From assembly GCF_001194135.2 (NCBI RefSeq), contig NC_068984.1, positions 124,592,732-124,656,731 on the forward strand: a stretch of DNA of 64,000 nucleotides, in the 5' to 3' direction. The translations under genes and the position numbers were made by a program. The stretch is from Octopus bimaculoides. Its lineage: Eukaryota. Shown here one piece after another: positions 1 to 11,545 of the stretch (positions are counted from its first letter, which is position 1; each line of letters begins with the position of its first letter). Below the pieces are notes generated by a model. It made no database searches. It had not been told where the DNA came from and saw only the letters and a list, made by a program, of their open reading frames with translations.

Positions 1-565
1 AAAAATAAAAGAAGAAAAACAGTGAGATGTTCATTGGTCACAAGTTAATGCTGAGTCGAAGTTGAGAATAAACAGCACAAACAAGAAGGTAATTTTTAAA
101 CGTTGCATGACTGTAAGTTATATAATGCATGTACTTCGTTGCTGTAATGCCGTTTCTACCTTCATTATGCCATTGTTATGGTATGCTCGGTATTAATGCG
201 ATAAAAAAGTATCAGATTCTATTCTAACAACCAGAGCAATAAAACATACAGGCCTGTTATATTCCGGGCCAAAAATTCTGATACCATTCTTTAAATAAAA
301 GCCAGTTACAAATCGAGGAACCGTATCCAAGAATTTTACAGTTCTGTCTCAGACTTACGAAACTGACACTGAGAATGTTCACCCTTACATGTCTTGGGGG
401 GGGGGGGGTTAGACCGACGTATGTAGAAAAACTGAACAATGCTGGTGTGGTGGGACTGGTGAGAAAGAAATGTTTAGTGTAAAGTCAATAAAGGCGGGAA
501 ACCGCAATTATTCACCTTAATAATATTATTTCCCATTTAAACGGACAGGAAGCTAGAAAATAATA

Positions 566-671
566 GAAGGCAAAGTCAGCCTTGGTGGAATTTGAACACA
601 GAACGTAAGACAGACGAAATACCGCTAAGCAATTTCGCCCGACGTGCTAACGTTTTTGCCAGCTCGCCGCC
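566..671 (-). mobile_element. SINE family A, 5' part
   Basis: Reverse complement reads ggcggcgagctggcaaaaacgttagcacg...ttcaaattccaccaagg ctgactttgccttc, matching the head and core seen in more than 15 copies in this window. Confidence 0.85.
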
Positions 672-685
672 ATATGATAATAATA

Positions 686-780
686 TGTAGTAATAATAAT
701 AATAATAATTATTATTATTATTATTATCATTATTATTATTATTATAATACTTTCGAACATTATTATAATACTTTCGAACA
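686..780. repeat. (AAT)n switching to (ATT)n, followed by a 21-bp tandem duplication
   Basis: aataataat...attattatt, then tattataatactttcgaaca at 740-759 and 761-780. Confidence 0.9.
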
Positions 781-1841
781 CAGGCATAAAGCCTGGGTTA
801 GCCGATTATATCGAATCCCAGTATTTGACTTGTACAAATATTTAATCGATCCCAATTCATATAATAAAAAGTGAGAACTTAAGAAGGGGAGACTAAAACT
901 TTCAAAATTCGTTGTTAGCAATATTTTAAGCATATTTAAGATAAATAATGCGTNNNNNNNNNNNNNNNNNNNNNNNNNNNNNNNNNNNNNNNNNNNNNNN
1001 NNNNNNNNNNNNNNNNNNNNNNNNNNNNNNNNNNNNNNNNNNNNNNNNNNNNNNNNNNNNNNNNNNNNNNNNNNNNNNNNNNNNNNNNNNNNNNNNNNNN
1101 NNNNNNNNNNNNNNNNNNNNNNNNNNNNNNNNNNNNNNNNNNNNNNNNNNNNNNNNNNNNNNNNNNNNNNNNNNNNNNNNNNNNNNNNNNNNNNNNNNNN
1201 NNNNNNNNNNNNNNNNNNNNNNNNNNNNNNNNNNNNNNNNNNNNNNNNNNNNNNNNNNNNNNNNNNNNNNNNNNNNNNNNNNNNNNNNNNNNNNNNNNNN
1301 NNNNNNNNNNNNNNNNNNNNNNNNNNNNNNNNNNNNNNNNNNNNNNNNNNNNNNNNNNNNNNNNNNNNNNNNNNNNNNNNNNNNNNNNNNNNNNNNNNNN
1401 NNNNNNNNNNNNNNNNNNNNNNNNNNNNNNNNNNNNNNNNNNNNNNNNNNNNNNNNNNNNNNNNNNNNNNNNNNNNNNNNNNNNNNNNNNNNNNNNNNNN
1501 NNNNNNNNNNNNNNNNNNNNNNNNNNNNNNNNNNNNNNNNNNNNNNNNNNNNNNNNNNNNNNNNNNNNNNNNNNNNNNNNNNNNNNNNNNNNNNNNNNNN
1601 NNNNNNNNNNNNNNNNNNNNNNNNNNNNNNNNNNNNNNNNNNNNNNNNNNNNNNNNNNNNNNNNNNNNNNNNNNNNNNNNNNNNNNNNNNNNNNNNNNNN
1701 NNNNNNNNNNNNNNNNNNNNNNNNNNNNNNNNNNNNNNNNNNNNNNNNNNNNNNNNNNNNNNNNNNNNNNNNNNNNNNNNNNNNNNNNNNNNNNNNNNNN
1801 NNNNNNNNNNNNNNNNNNNNNNNNNNNNNNNNNNNNNNNNN

Positions 1842-1934
<93 letters not shown>

Positions 1935-2370
1935 GAGATAGATAGATAGATATACATACATACATATCTATCTGTATGTGTGTTCATATGTATGTAATGT
2001 ATTTATGTATGTACGTGTGTGTGTATGGTTACAGTGGCAATGAAGGTGCATTTTGCGGAGGCGAAGGGTAACGATTTGCCCAGAGAAGTGTGGCAAAAGT
2101 AAGGACACTTACACCCCCAAGAACCCACACCGAACACACCACCACAAGTAGTATGCACACACACACATACACATACACATACTCACACACACGCACAGAC
2201 ACATACACGCTCAAACACACACGCACACACAGGCATGTGCACATACACACGCACTTTCATCAATCCACACACACACACACACACACACACTTCATCGTCA
2301 CAACCGCATATGCATCCATCCATCCGTCCATCCATCCATCCCCCCATCGACACCATCCCGTTAGTTTGTT

Positions 2371-2408
<38 letters not shown>

Positions 2409-3110
2409 NNNNNNNNNNNNNNNNNNNNNNNNNNNNNNNNNNNNNNNNNNNNNNNNNNNNNNNNNNNNNNNNNNNNNNNNNNNNNNNNNNNNNNNNNNNN
2501 NNNNNNNNNNNNNNNNNNNNNNNNNNNNNNNNNNNNNNNNNNNNNNNNNNNNNNNNNNNNNNNNNNNNNNNNNNNNNNNNNNNNNNNNNNNNNNNNNNNN
2601 NNNNNNNNNNNNNNNNNNNNNNNNNNNNNNNNNNNNNNNNNNNNNNNNNNNNNNNNNNNNNNNNNNNNNNNNNNNNNNNNNNNNNNNNNNNNNNNNNNNN
2701 NNNNNNNNNNNNNNNNNNNNNNNNNNNNNNNNNNNNNNNNNNNNNNNNNNNNNNNNNNNNNNNNNNNNNNNNNNNNNNNNNNNNNNNNNNNNNNNNNNNN
2801 NNNNNNNNNNNNNNNNNNNNNNNNNNNNNNNNNNNNNNNNNNNNNNNNNNNNNNNNNNNNNNNNNNNNNNNNNNNNNNNNNNNNNNNNNNNNNNNNNNNN
2901 NNNNNNNNNNNNNNNNNNNNNNNNNNNNNNNNNNNNNNNNNNNNNNNNNNNNNNNNNNNNNNNNNNNNNNNNNNNNNNNNNNNNNNNNNNNNNNNNNNNN
3001 NNNNNNNNNNNNNNNNNNNNNNNNNNNNNNNNNNNNNNNNNNNNNNNNNNNNNNNNNNNNNNNNNNNNNNNNNNNNNNNNNNNNNNNNNNNNNNNNNNNN
3101 NNNNNNNNNN

Positions 3111-3184
<74 letters not shown>

Positions 3185-3219
3185 TGTGTGTGTCTGTGTG
3201 TGTGTGTGTGTTTCTCTAG

Positions 3220-3294
3220 GCGTGTTGTGGATATGCCATTTTGTATGTATGCGTCTGTATTTTTGATAATCAAGTCATTACCACTGGGAACAGA
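3220..3294 (+). other. Possible 75-nt exon of an unidentified transcript
   Basis: Acceptor tttctctag|G and donor AGA|gtaagt; two frames open (ACCGYAILYVCVCIFDNQVITTGNR or RVVDMPFCMYASVFLIIKSLPLGT); no recognisable homology. Confidence 0.2.
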
Positions 3295-3339
3295 GTAAGT
3301 AACGCCACTCAGAAACACACGAAACACACACATAGCTAC

Positions 3340-3450
3340 AGACGTGAACGCACGCGCAAATTGCGCTTTCGCAGCAGACATATTCTCACGCGTGGGCACA
3401 CGATAGAGAGGGCACACGGCACGCGCTGACTGAGCACAATAACAGTCCAT
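3340..3450. promoter_or_regulatory. CpG-dense patch, possibly regulatory
   Basis: Many CpGs (cgcacgcgca, cacgcgtg, cacgcgc) in unique sequence within a CpG-poor window; ATG at 3449 opens a 37-codon ORF. Confidence 0.2.
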
Positions 3451-4207
3451 GGAACGCCAGGATTTTGGTAACATTAGAGAGAATATTGTGGATGTAGATG
3501 GTTGTGGTTTTGGTAATAGCGGGGCCTCACCCACTTCTTTGTCATATCTTTATTCACGCTAGAGTTTGTGTCTAATAATGGCGAGGGAATTGTGAAGGCA
3601 TTTGAAAAAATAATGCTAAGGGAAATAATATCAAGGGGTACGTTCAGCATTTTCTATATGATATTACAACTGTCCTGAAGGTTGTGTTGTTTTCAATTAT
3701 TCAGTTTTCAATCATTCAGCGAGGCTGTAAGCAAAGACGTTCCGTTCGAAAAGTCACCAACTAGTATTGACATAGGAATTACCTAGAACTATACTTGAAA
3801 AAATGTGATCTTTTTGAAAGATGATAGGATGTAATTTGAGGAAGCTTTGGGAGCTATTTCTAGCCAGTAAAAACTTCTTTGTTGGTCCACCTTCAGCATT
3901 CTACTTTATTCAGGATACGTAATATAAGTAGGTATATCTATCTATATATATATATGCAAAACGAATAGAGTATTTTTAAAAACTTTCTCTGAAACTAATA
4001 AATTTTTTGTTACATACAAAAAAAAAAAAGTGCAGCGGAATCGTGTCACTGACTTCCAGGATCGATATACGACGGTACACTTTAATAGTTAATGCTATTC
4101 AATCTGTTACTTTTATGGAACCGCTGAATTAGGGGGACGCAAACAAACGAATACCGGTTTTCAAGCTGTAAGGGAATAAACACAAAATCACATGCATACA
4201 TCACTCT

Positions 4208-4254
<47 letters not shown>

Positions 4255-4774
4255 TCTCTCTCTCTGCACACACAGACACACACACACGTATATATATATA
4301 CATATCATACGATGGACTTCCACGCAGTTTCTGTCTACCAAATTCAATCACAAACTTCAGTCGGCCTGTTGAAAACACTTGCTCAACAAGGTGCTGTGCA
4401 GTGGGACTAAACTGATAACAACGTAGTTTCGAATTGCATTTCTTAACCACACAGCCATGAGTTTGTTTGAAACATAACCAGTCCTACTATGATGCAATTC
4501 TTTCGGCTTCAACACATGATGATCCGATATCAGGTTACTTGCCAAACACAAACTCATTCAAATGAAAATGTGAAAAAAAAAAAAAATGAAAATTTAATGC
4601 ATGTATTAGTCAACGTTTTAGAGGTTTGAGCAAATGGCAGTTGGATAACGTTTTGTTACATGACGTTTGCTTCACAGTGTAGGATACATAACTATATATA
4701 TTATAGGATGTATGTTATATAAGGTGTGTTAAACCTAGTATAGCTGGTACGAGAGCTTAAAGTGAGATAAATTA

Positions 4775-4992
4775 AATATTGGTTTCAAATTTTGGTACAA
4801 GACCAACAATTTCAGGGGAGGGGACAAGTCGATTACAACGTCCCCAATGCTCAACTGGTACTTATTATATTGACCCCGAAAGGATGAAAAGCAAAGTCGA
4901 CCACGGCAGAATTTGAACTCAGAACGTAAAGACAGACGAAAGGCCACGAGGCATTTTGCTCGGCGTGCTAACGATTTTGCCAGCTCACAGAC
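4775..4992 (-). mobile_element. SINE family A monomer
   Basis: ggtacaagacc...gaccccgaaaggatgaaaagcaaagtcgacc...aatttgaactcagaacgt...ttgccagctc, the reverse complement of the family consensus. Confidence 0.9.
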
Positions 4993-5015
4993 TTAGATAA
5001 ATTAGATATTGAAAG

Positions 5016-5127
5016 GTAACCTTTATATCCAAATTAACGTGGATGCTTTGTTGGAACACCGAACACTGCAGTATTAACCTTGAGAGATCCTTTCAGACAT
5101 CCATGTTAAGTTGGATATAAAGATTAC
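5016..5127. mobile_element. Small foldback/MITE-like element with 30-bp inverted arms
   Basis: gtaacctttatatccaaattaacgtggatg (5016-5045) versus catccatgttaagttggatataaagattac (5098-5127): 27/30 complementary. Confidence 0.7.
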
Positions 5128-5185
5128 ATTAATAGAAAAATTGTTATTTCTAAATCTCTCAACGAGAGACATTTAGTAACAGTAC

Positions 5186-5445
5186 TTTAAAATAAAGATT
5201 ATTTGCCAACATAATGTGGCAGTCCCGGTTGGTACGAATGATACTGTTATTTAACCCCAGGAAACATCGTCTCCGGTTGGCTACACGACACACTATCTGT
5301 GTCCTTATTTTTTCGAACAAATATAGGGTACACACAGATAGTGTGTCGTGTAACCTGCTGGAGACGCTGTTTCCTGGGGCTAAAGAACAGTAACAGTACC
5401 AACCGGGCCTGCCACATGATGTTGACAAATAATTTTTATCTTAAA
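5186..5445. mobile_element. 260-bp foldback (palindromic) element, probably a MITE
   Basis: Arms of ~125 bp are reverse complements (atgtggcagtcccggttggtac...ccccaggaaacatcgtctcc...acacgacacactatctgtgt versus acacagatagtgtgtcgtgt...ggagacgctgtttcctgggg...gtaccaaccgggcctgccacat) around a ttcgaa centre; TTAA at both ends. Confidence 0.85.
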
Positions 5446-6639
5446 AATTACATTCCTTCGCTTTAAACATTGCTGAACAATTTTCAAGGACGTCTTCTGC
5501 ATGTAGAACAGTGCTTAATTGAACGAAAGATCGTCAATAGTTATACCCAAAATATATGAATGCTTTTTTATGTATTGAAATAGGCTGAGGCACCTAAGTA
5601 TCAATAAATTATAACTGGAAATAATCTAGGCTTTGGCGAAGACGTTGACTCTAGTCATGTTCCTGTCTTATTAGACCTTTTCATTTAAGCATAGTAATTT
5701 GTTATGTCTGCCAAATAAATGCCTTACTGAGATGATCTGGTGAGCAGCATACAAAGTCGACGTGAAATGCTCGCGATGTAAGGTCTGTTTCAGAGTTTGA
5801 CAATGGATTTGTGGGACGAATTAATGTTATAAAATGTCATTAAATATGACTTAAGTAATCAATCAACGTTTCTTTTTTATGTTTCAACGCACCCTCGAAC
5901 ATGTTGCTATTGGATGGGCTTGTCATTCAACACCATATCGGTTCGACAATTAGATTCTATTCATTTGCCATTTACTTTAGAAATATGAGAAACAGAGAAT
6001 GGTGGCAATATTTAACGCCACAACTTTATACTTCATCTCTGTCAAGACTGATACCGCTGTAATAGTAGCAATAGAAAATAAGGAGAGAAGAGACACAACA
6101 CCTTAAAGGTCAGAGATCAGAAGATACTTAGGACGGATTTAATGCCAATTAGTCGAAAAGTCATTCTCTGGTTGAAGCTTCTTCTTTTATAAATAGCCGC
6201 AACATAATGGCCATAGAGAATAATGTCAATACATAGCGCCACAACTTCACATTCATTTCGGTCATGATTGATGTCTCTGAATTTGAATATTCTTGTATGT
6301 ATGTATGTATGTATGTTGATCCATAGCGTGGACGTCGTTCTTAACCTTTTTGAGGACCATTGAGCCAGATTGGAAGAAAAGAGGTTAAACCCAATCCGGA
6401 CATCGGATCCTAAGTTTTGTAACAAAGTAGATTCTGCTAGAGTAGCTTAGGATTAGACTGAAACGTTTAAAGGGCAGTAGATATCATTTGGTATAAGCAG
6501 CAATGTGATATCATTTTAACTTCTGAGTTCAAATTAAAAAAGCTTAACTTTGCTTCTCATCTTCATTATATTTTTCTTTGATTTTATTTGTTGAGTCTAG
6601 GAAGTAGTACCTTACAGAACTTCCGGATTCAGTATGCTT

Positions 6640-7140
6640 TATACCGTTAAGGTTCCATTTAAAATGTTGTAGATCAATACCTGCAGAAAAGATATGAGAA
6701 GAGATGAGTTTCCTGAGGGATGACGTATTGAAAGGAAGGACTGGATATTGTTGATTAGTACGAGGCCTGGAAGGCAGACGCAAGGTGACAGTAGATGGAG
6801 AGACGAATGGATCAGGAGTGCTTGAAAAGGTTGCGAGCACAGCAAGATCAGAGAAACAATGCTCATTATTGTTGCAAGAGAAAAGAAAGATAGAGAGGAA
6901 ATAAAGTACGCCAATAGGTTTTAGAGGCAATGGAAGAATGTCTTTGAGTGGTTTAACATCAATCTGTCCAAAGGTCCTCTAGCTGCAGTCAAGAATAAGG
7001 TGCAGTGCTCTTTTGTGATCCTCACTTGAGTTTTGGAAAGCGTTGTGGGGTGCTGTGTACAGGATGTACAAGGCTAGCCAACTCAGAGGCACAGTTGAGA
7101 TAGAAAGGACAAAGAGAGGAAATAGCACACGTCTGGACCA
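6640..7140 (-). mobile_element. Highly decayed CR1/Jockey-like reverse transcriptase fragment
   Basis: Frameshifted pieces GPD, NCASELA...FP.LK and LSPCVCLPGLVLINNIQSFLSIR resemble the non-LTR RT motifs GPDG, NCAS.LAP.L..LF..C.....FP..WK and LPSYG..P.L...ISSFLSDR. Confidence 0.4.
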
Positions 7141-7266
7141 GAGGCTAGAATACGAATGTAGTGATTTAAAGCCAGTCAGTTGAGAAACTCTTCTGTGGAT
7201 GTAAATCTAGACGCTTCATATAATATGTAATGTCATATAATATGTAATGGTAATATACTTAATTTT

Positions 7267-7485
7267 AAGGTGGCGAGCTGGCAGAATCGCCAGCACCGCC
7301 AAGAAAAATACTTAGCAGTATTTTGTCCATCTTTATCTTATGATTTCAAATCCCACCGCGGTCACTTTGCCTTTCATCCTGTCAGGATAGATAAAATAAG
7401 TACCAGTTGATAACTGGGGTCGATCTGATTAACTAGCCTTTTCCCCTGACTGACTCATCTTGCTCCAAAATATGAAATCAATATA
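7267..7485 (+). mobile_element. SINE family A, diverged
   Basis: aaggtggcgagctggcagaatcg...ttcaaatcccaccgcggtcactttgcctttcatcct...gataaaataagtaccagttg...ctggggtcgat. Confidence 0.85.
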
Positions 7486-7895
7486 CTTAGCAACATGGTT
7501 CGATAACCGGAAGTTGCAGCCAGTACCGACCGACTCATCATTAATTCAATAGCACAATTAACAAAGAAAAACGTAATTCGGTTTGAGCGCTGTTCCACAC
7601 AAGTTCAAACACCACTTCTATGATAATATAGGGCCACTGCATATTTTTGTCTAATATTTTAATGTCATTATAACATAAGTTCAGTTTATGGCAGTGATTG
7701 TGACCGAGTCGCTACACATTTTATTCTTTTACGGTTTTTTTTTTTGAGAAGTGTTAAAGATTTAGTTTAGTTCAGTTTAATTTTAGTTAATTATATCGAC
7801 AAAGTAAAACCGACAAAATTGCCTCCGGCATAAAATCGCGTAACCCATACGTAACACAACACAAGGTATTTTTATTCAATGCACCTATAAATCTA

Positions 7896-7928
<33 letters not shown>

Positions 7929-8049
7929 CTCCTTCTCTCTCTCTCCTTCTCCCCCTCTCTCTCTCTCTCACACACACACATGCACAAACATACAGCATTT
8001 TCTCTATCAAATCTCATTCTAAATCTTTGGTCAGTTCGAAGCTGTAATA

Positions 8050-8196
8050 CAGCTATGGGCAAACTGCAACCCGTAAAACTTTCTGAATAGCACACCCAAC
8101 GAAAATTCCTGGAATTTCTATTTTACTAGTGCGGCCCACCTGATAATGAGCCATACCGTATGAGGCCCACTTCTCGAAAAAGATTGCCCATACCTA
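8050..8196. mobile_element. hAT-type MITE
   Basis: TIRs cagctatgggcaa / ttgcccataccta; decayed 8-bp TSD ctgtaata versus ctatagtt; internal gcggccca motifs typical of hAT MITEs. Confidence 0.55.
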
Positions 8197-8629
8197 CTAT
8201 AGTTGAAGAAATTTGACCAAAATACTTCCCAAAGTAGTATCGAAACCTGAACGACGTGTTTTTGAACCAAAATTCTTAACCATACACTCATATCCAAGCC
8301 CGTACACCCCACTCACTTCCCTGGACAATTTACAACGAAAAATCTACAAAGTTGTTTTATAAAACTAGATTTATGATGTCATTAAGTCTAGTCATGTCAA
8401 CAATGAAACAACAATATTTACGTTTTCTCTCACAATATTTATCTTGAATATATTTCATATATATATAAACTGACATCAAAAGAACAAAAGAACATGATAT
8501 ATCCTAAATACATAATATAGAAACGAAATAACATTGTAAATGTTATCACATCGTATAACGACCAATTTGAGACAAAGAAAAAAAAAAGAAGTAACATGGC
8601 TCACAGAGCGACAGACTCGATCTCCTTTG

Positions 8630-8653
8630 TCCTCTTTTGCTCACACACACATA

Positions 8654-8692
<39 letters not shown>

Positions 8693-9540
8693 TCTCTCTC
8701 ACTTCTCTCTCTCAAACTCACAGTTCATCAGTTACACTCTGTATTTTTGACTTCTATTTTTTCCATCTTTCTTTTTCTCCTTTCTTTTTCTTCTTTCTTT
8801 TTCTTCTTTCTTTTTCTTTCTTTCATTTTCTTTTCTTTCTCTTTCAGTTTCTCTCACTGTATGTGCACACACAGACACACACACAGACACACACACATAC
8901 ATATTCACACCCGCATTGCTCCCACAATCAACTGTCTCTTTATATTTATCTGTTCGTCACACTCTCTCTTTCTCAATCTCTCTTTCTCTCTCTCCCTTTC
9001 TTAATCTCCATTTCTCTCTCTCTCTCTCTTTCTATCTCTCTCTCTCTCTCTCTTTCTCTCCCTCTTTCTCTTTCTTTTCTCTATATTTCGACTCGTCTGT
9101 CATCAGTGACGCATTTTCTGTTAATATCACTCTTACGCTTTCACTCCTCCTTTCTTTCACTTCCTTATACCCCACCCCATCTCCCCCTCTCTCTGTCTTT
9201 CACTTTCTCACTCTTTTCTCTGTTCTTCTGTCTATCTGTCGGCGATAGTGTGTCTCCTCTCTCTATTTAATTTCTCTCTTCCTATCTTTTTATTTTCGCT
9301 GATCTTAGCACTTTCCAGACTCCCTCAATAACGTCGTTTTATATTGCCTTTCTGTCTTTCACTCTCTCTCTCTCTCTTCCTCAATCTCTCACTCTTCTTA
9401 TCCCCCCTCCCTATTTTCCCTCTCTCTTCCTCTCTCACTCTTCTTCTCTCCTACCCACCCCTCTCTCTCCATGTGTATCTCTCTTCAGTTATTTCTTTCC
9501 CCTCCACCTGCATCTTACACCTCTTCTTCCGTTTACCACT
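8630..9540. repeat. ~900-bp polypyrimidine (CT-rich) low-complexity tract
   Basis: (CT)n, (CTTT)n and degenerate derivatives with a short (CA)n island. Confidence 0.9.
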
Positions 9541-9620
9541 CATCCGTCCAGACATTCGAAGCATTTACACAGCAATAAGAAGAGATTTAGAAATTAAGAA
9601 GGACAAAAATCACTTTAGAC

Positions 9621-9870
9621 CAGTGGTTCTCAACCGGGATTCAAGATATACCTGAGGGTCCATATAAGATTTTGGTAGGGTCCACGCAACAAAATAGTAA
9701 GTGGAGGATCCACATTAGTATTTTAAGGGCCCCTGAAAACATTTTGCTTTAGATGTATGCATTGGTATGTATTGTAAGAAACAGCAAGGTTTCTTTCTTT
9801 AACATTTTACATAATTTAACCTACACAAGTTAATGCATGAAAAACAAAATAGGAATTTTGAAAGAAGTTT
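9621..9870 (+). mobile_element. hAT-type MITE, left part, cut off by a SINE
   Basis: Starts with cagtggttctcaacc preceded by ctttagac; other TIR not found. Confidence 0.5.
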
Positions 9871-10103
9871 CTTATTTCTTGATTGCCCACAAGGGGCTAA
9901 ATATAGAGGGGACAAACAAGAACAGGCAAAGGTATTAAGTCGATTATATCGACCCCAGTGCGTAACTGGTACTTAATTTATCGACCCCGAAAGGATTAAA
10001 GGCAAAGTCGACCTCGGCGGAATTTGAACTCAGATCGTAACGGCAGACGAAATACCGCTAGGCATTTCGCCCGGCGCGCTAACGTTTCTGCCAGCTCGCC
10101 GCC
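9871..10103 (-). mobile_element. SINE family A, left-monomer form with long tail
   Basis: Well-preserved head ggcggcgagctggcagaaacgttag, core, and tail tttgtcccctctatatttagccccttgtgggcaatcaagaaataag on the minus strand. Confidence 0.92.
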
Positions 10104-10639
10104 TATCTATCTAGCTCGCTAGCTATCTATGTGTCTGTCTGTATGTCTGTCTGTTTGTCTATCTATCCCTCTACGCACATATCCAACCATCTTACATGCT
10201 ACAACCCGTATCACACTCTGTATGTATCCTGCAAGCACCCCCTCTCACTTCTCTCCCTTTACATCTTACTCTCTACTCATTACTATCCGACCTTCATTCC
10301 ACAACTCCCTCCCTCTAACAACACATCAGGTCTTATGCTGGACAGGTGACATATAATAATAACAATGTTAATGTCATAGGAAACTTCTTAATTGAATAAA
10401 CCACATTCACCTGCAAACACTGGCTTAGCTCGTGAAGCTTAGCTTGCCTTCTCACCTTCTCATTGACTACGAATTTATTTTCTAACCAATCAGAAGCTAT
10501 CTAGATCTTTCCTAGCAGTGTACACGGTTTCATTCATAAAATTGATTATTTTGTGATCTATTCAATGACAATGACGATAACGTCGAAAATAGTAACACCA
10601 CCACCAGCGGCAGCAGCAGCAGTAGCAACAGCAGTAGCA

Positions 10640-11097
10640 GTGATAATCCTTTCTATTATAGGCATAAGAGCTGAAAATTTGGGAGAAGGGACACGTTATT
10701 AACATTGAGCCCAGTGTTCAACCGGTACCTATTTTACGGACCGCGAAAGGATAAAAGGTAAAGTCGACCTCGATGGAATTTGAACACAGAACGTAAGGAC
10801 GGATGAAATACCGCAAAGCATTTTTTCGCGGGATGCTAACGATTCCACCACCTCGTCGCCTTATGAAGTAGTAATAATCCTTTCTACTAAAGGCACAAGG
10901 CCTGAAGTTTAGGTGGAGGACGGGGTCTAGTCGATTACGTGGACTCAATGTTTCACTAGTACTTAATTTATCGACCCTGAAAGGGTAAAAGGTAAAGTCG
11001 ACCTTGGCGGAATTTGAACTCAGAACCTAAGAATGGACGAAATGCCACGAAGCATCATCATGCCTGCATGCTGACGATTTTGCCAATTCGCCGTTTT
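10640..11097 (-). mobile_element. Two tandem SINE family A monomers
   Basis: Copies at ~10640-10860 and ~10870-11097, each with an aataatcctttctatta/acta..ggca(c/t)aag tail and the aaagtcgacc core. Confidence 0.9.
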
Positions 11098-11145
11098 ACA
11101 GGGTAGTAATAGTACGATTGTTTATTTGCAATACGATGTTGTTGT

Positions 11146-11545
11146 AAGACGGCGAGCTGGCAGAAACGTTAGAACGCCGGGCGAAATGCTTACCGGTATT
11201 TCGTCTGTCTTTACGTTCTGGGTTCAAATTCCGCCGCGGTCGACTTTGCCTTTCATCCTTTCGGGGTCGATTAAATAAGTACCAGTTACGCACTGGGGTC
11301 GATAGAACCGACTTAATCCGTTTGTCTATCCTTGTTTGTCCCCTCTGGGTAGTAAAGAAATAAGAAACGTTAGCACGCCGGGCGATATGCATAGCAGTGT
11401 TTCGTCTGTCTTTACGTTCTGCCTTTCATCCTTTCGGAGTCGATAAATTAAGTACCAGTTGCGTGCTGCGGTCGATCTAATCGACTGCCCCCGACCTCCC
11501 CCAAAATCTCGGGCCTTGTGCCAAGAGTAGAAAAGTAGAAAAGAA
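11146..11545 (+). mobile_element. Dimeric SINE family A (possibly the octopus Twin SINE)
   Basis: Left monomer, linker tttgtctatccttgtttgtcccctc...gtaaagaaataag, then a second monomer starting aaacgttagcacgccgggcg and ending ccttgtgccaagagtagaaaag. The Twin name is inferred from the dimeric structure. Confidence 0.85.

Noticed and set aside
763-3534. Long ORFs of 300-420 aa here and at every other N-gap
   Set aside because: They are made of X residues from gaps plus dinucleotide-repeat translations (HTHT, CVCV, YIYI, LSLS)
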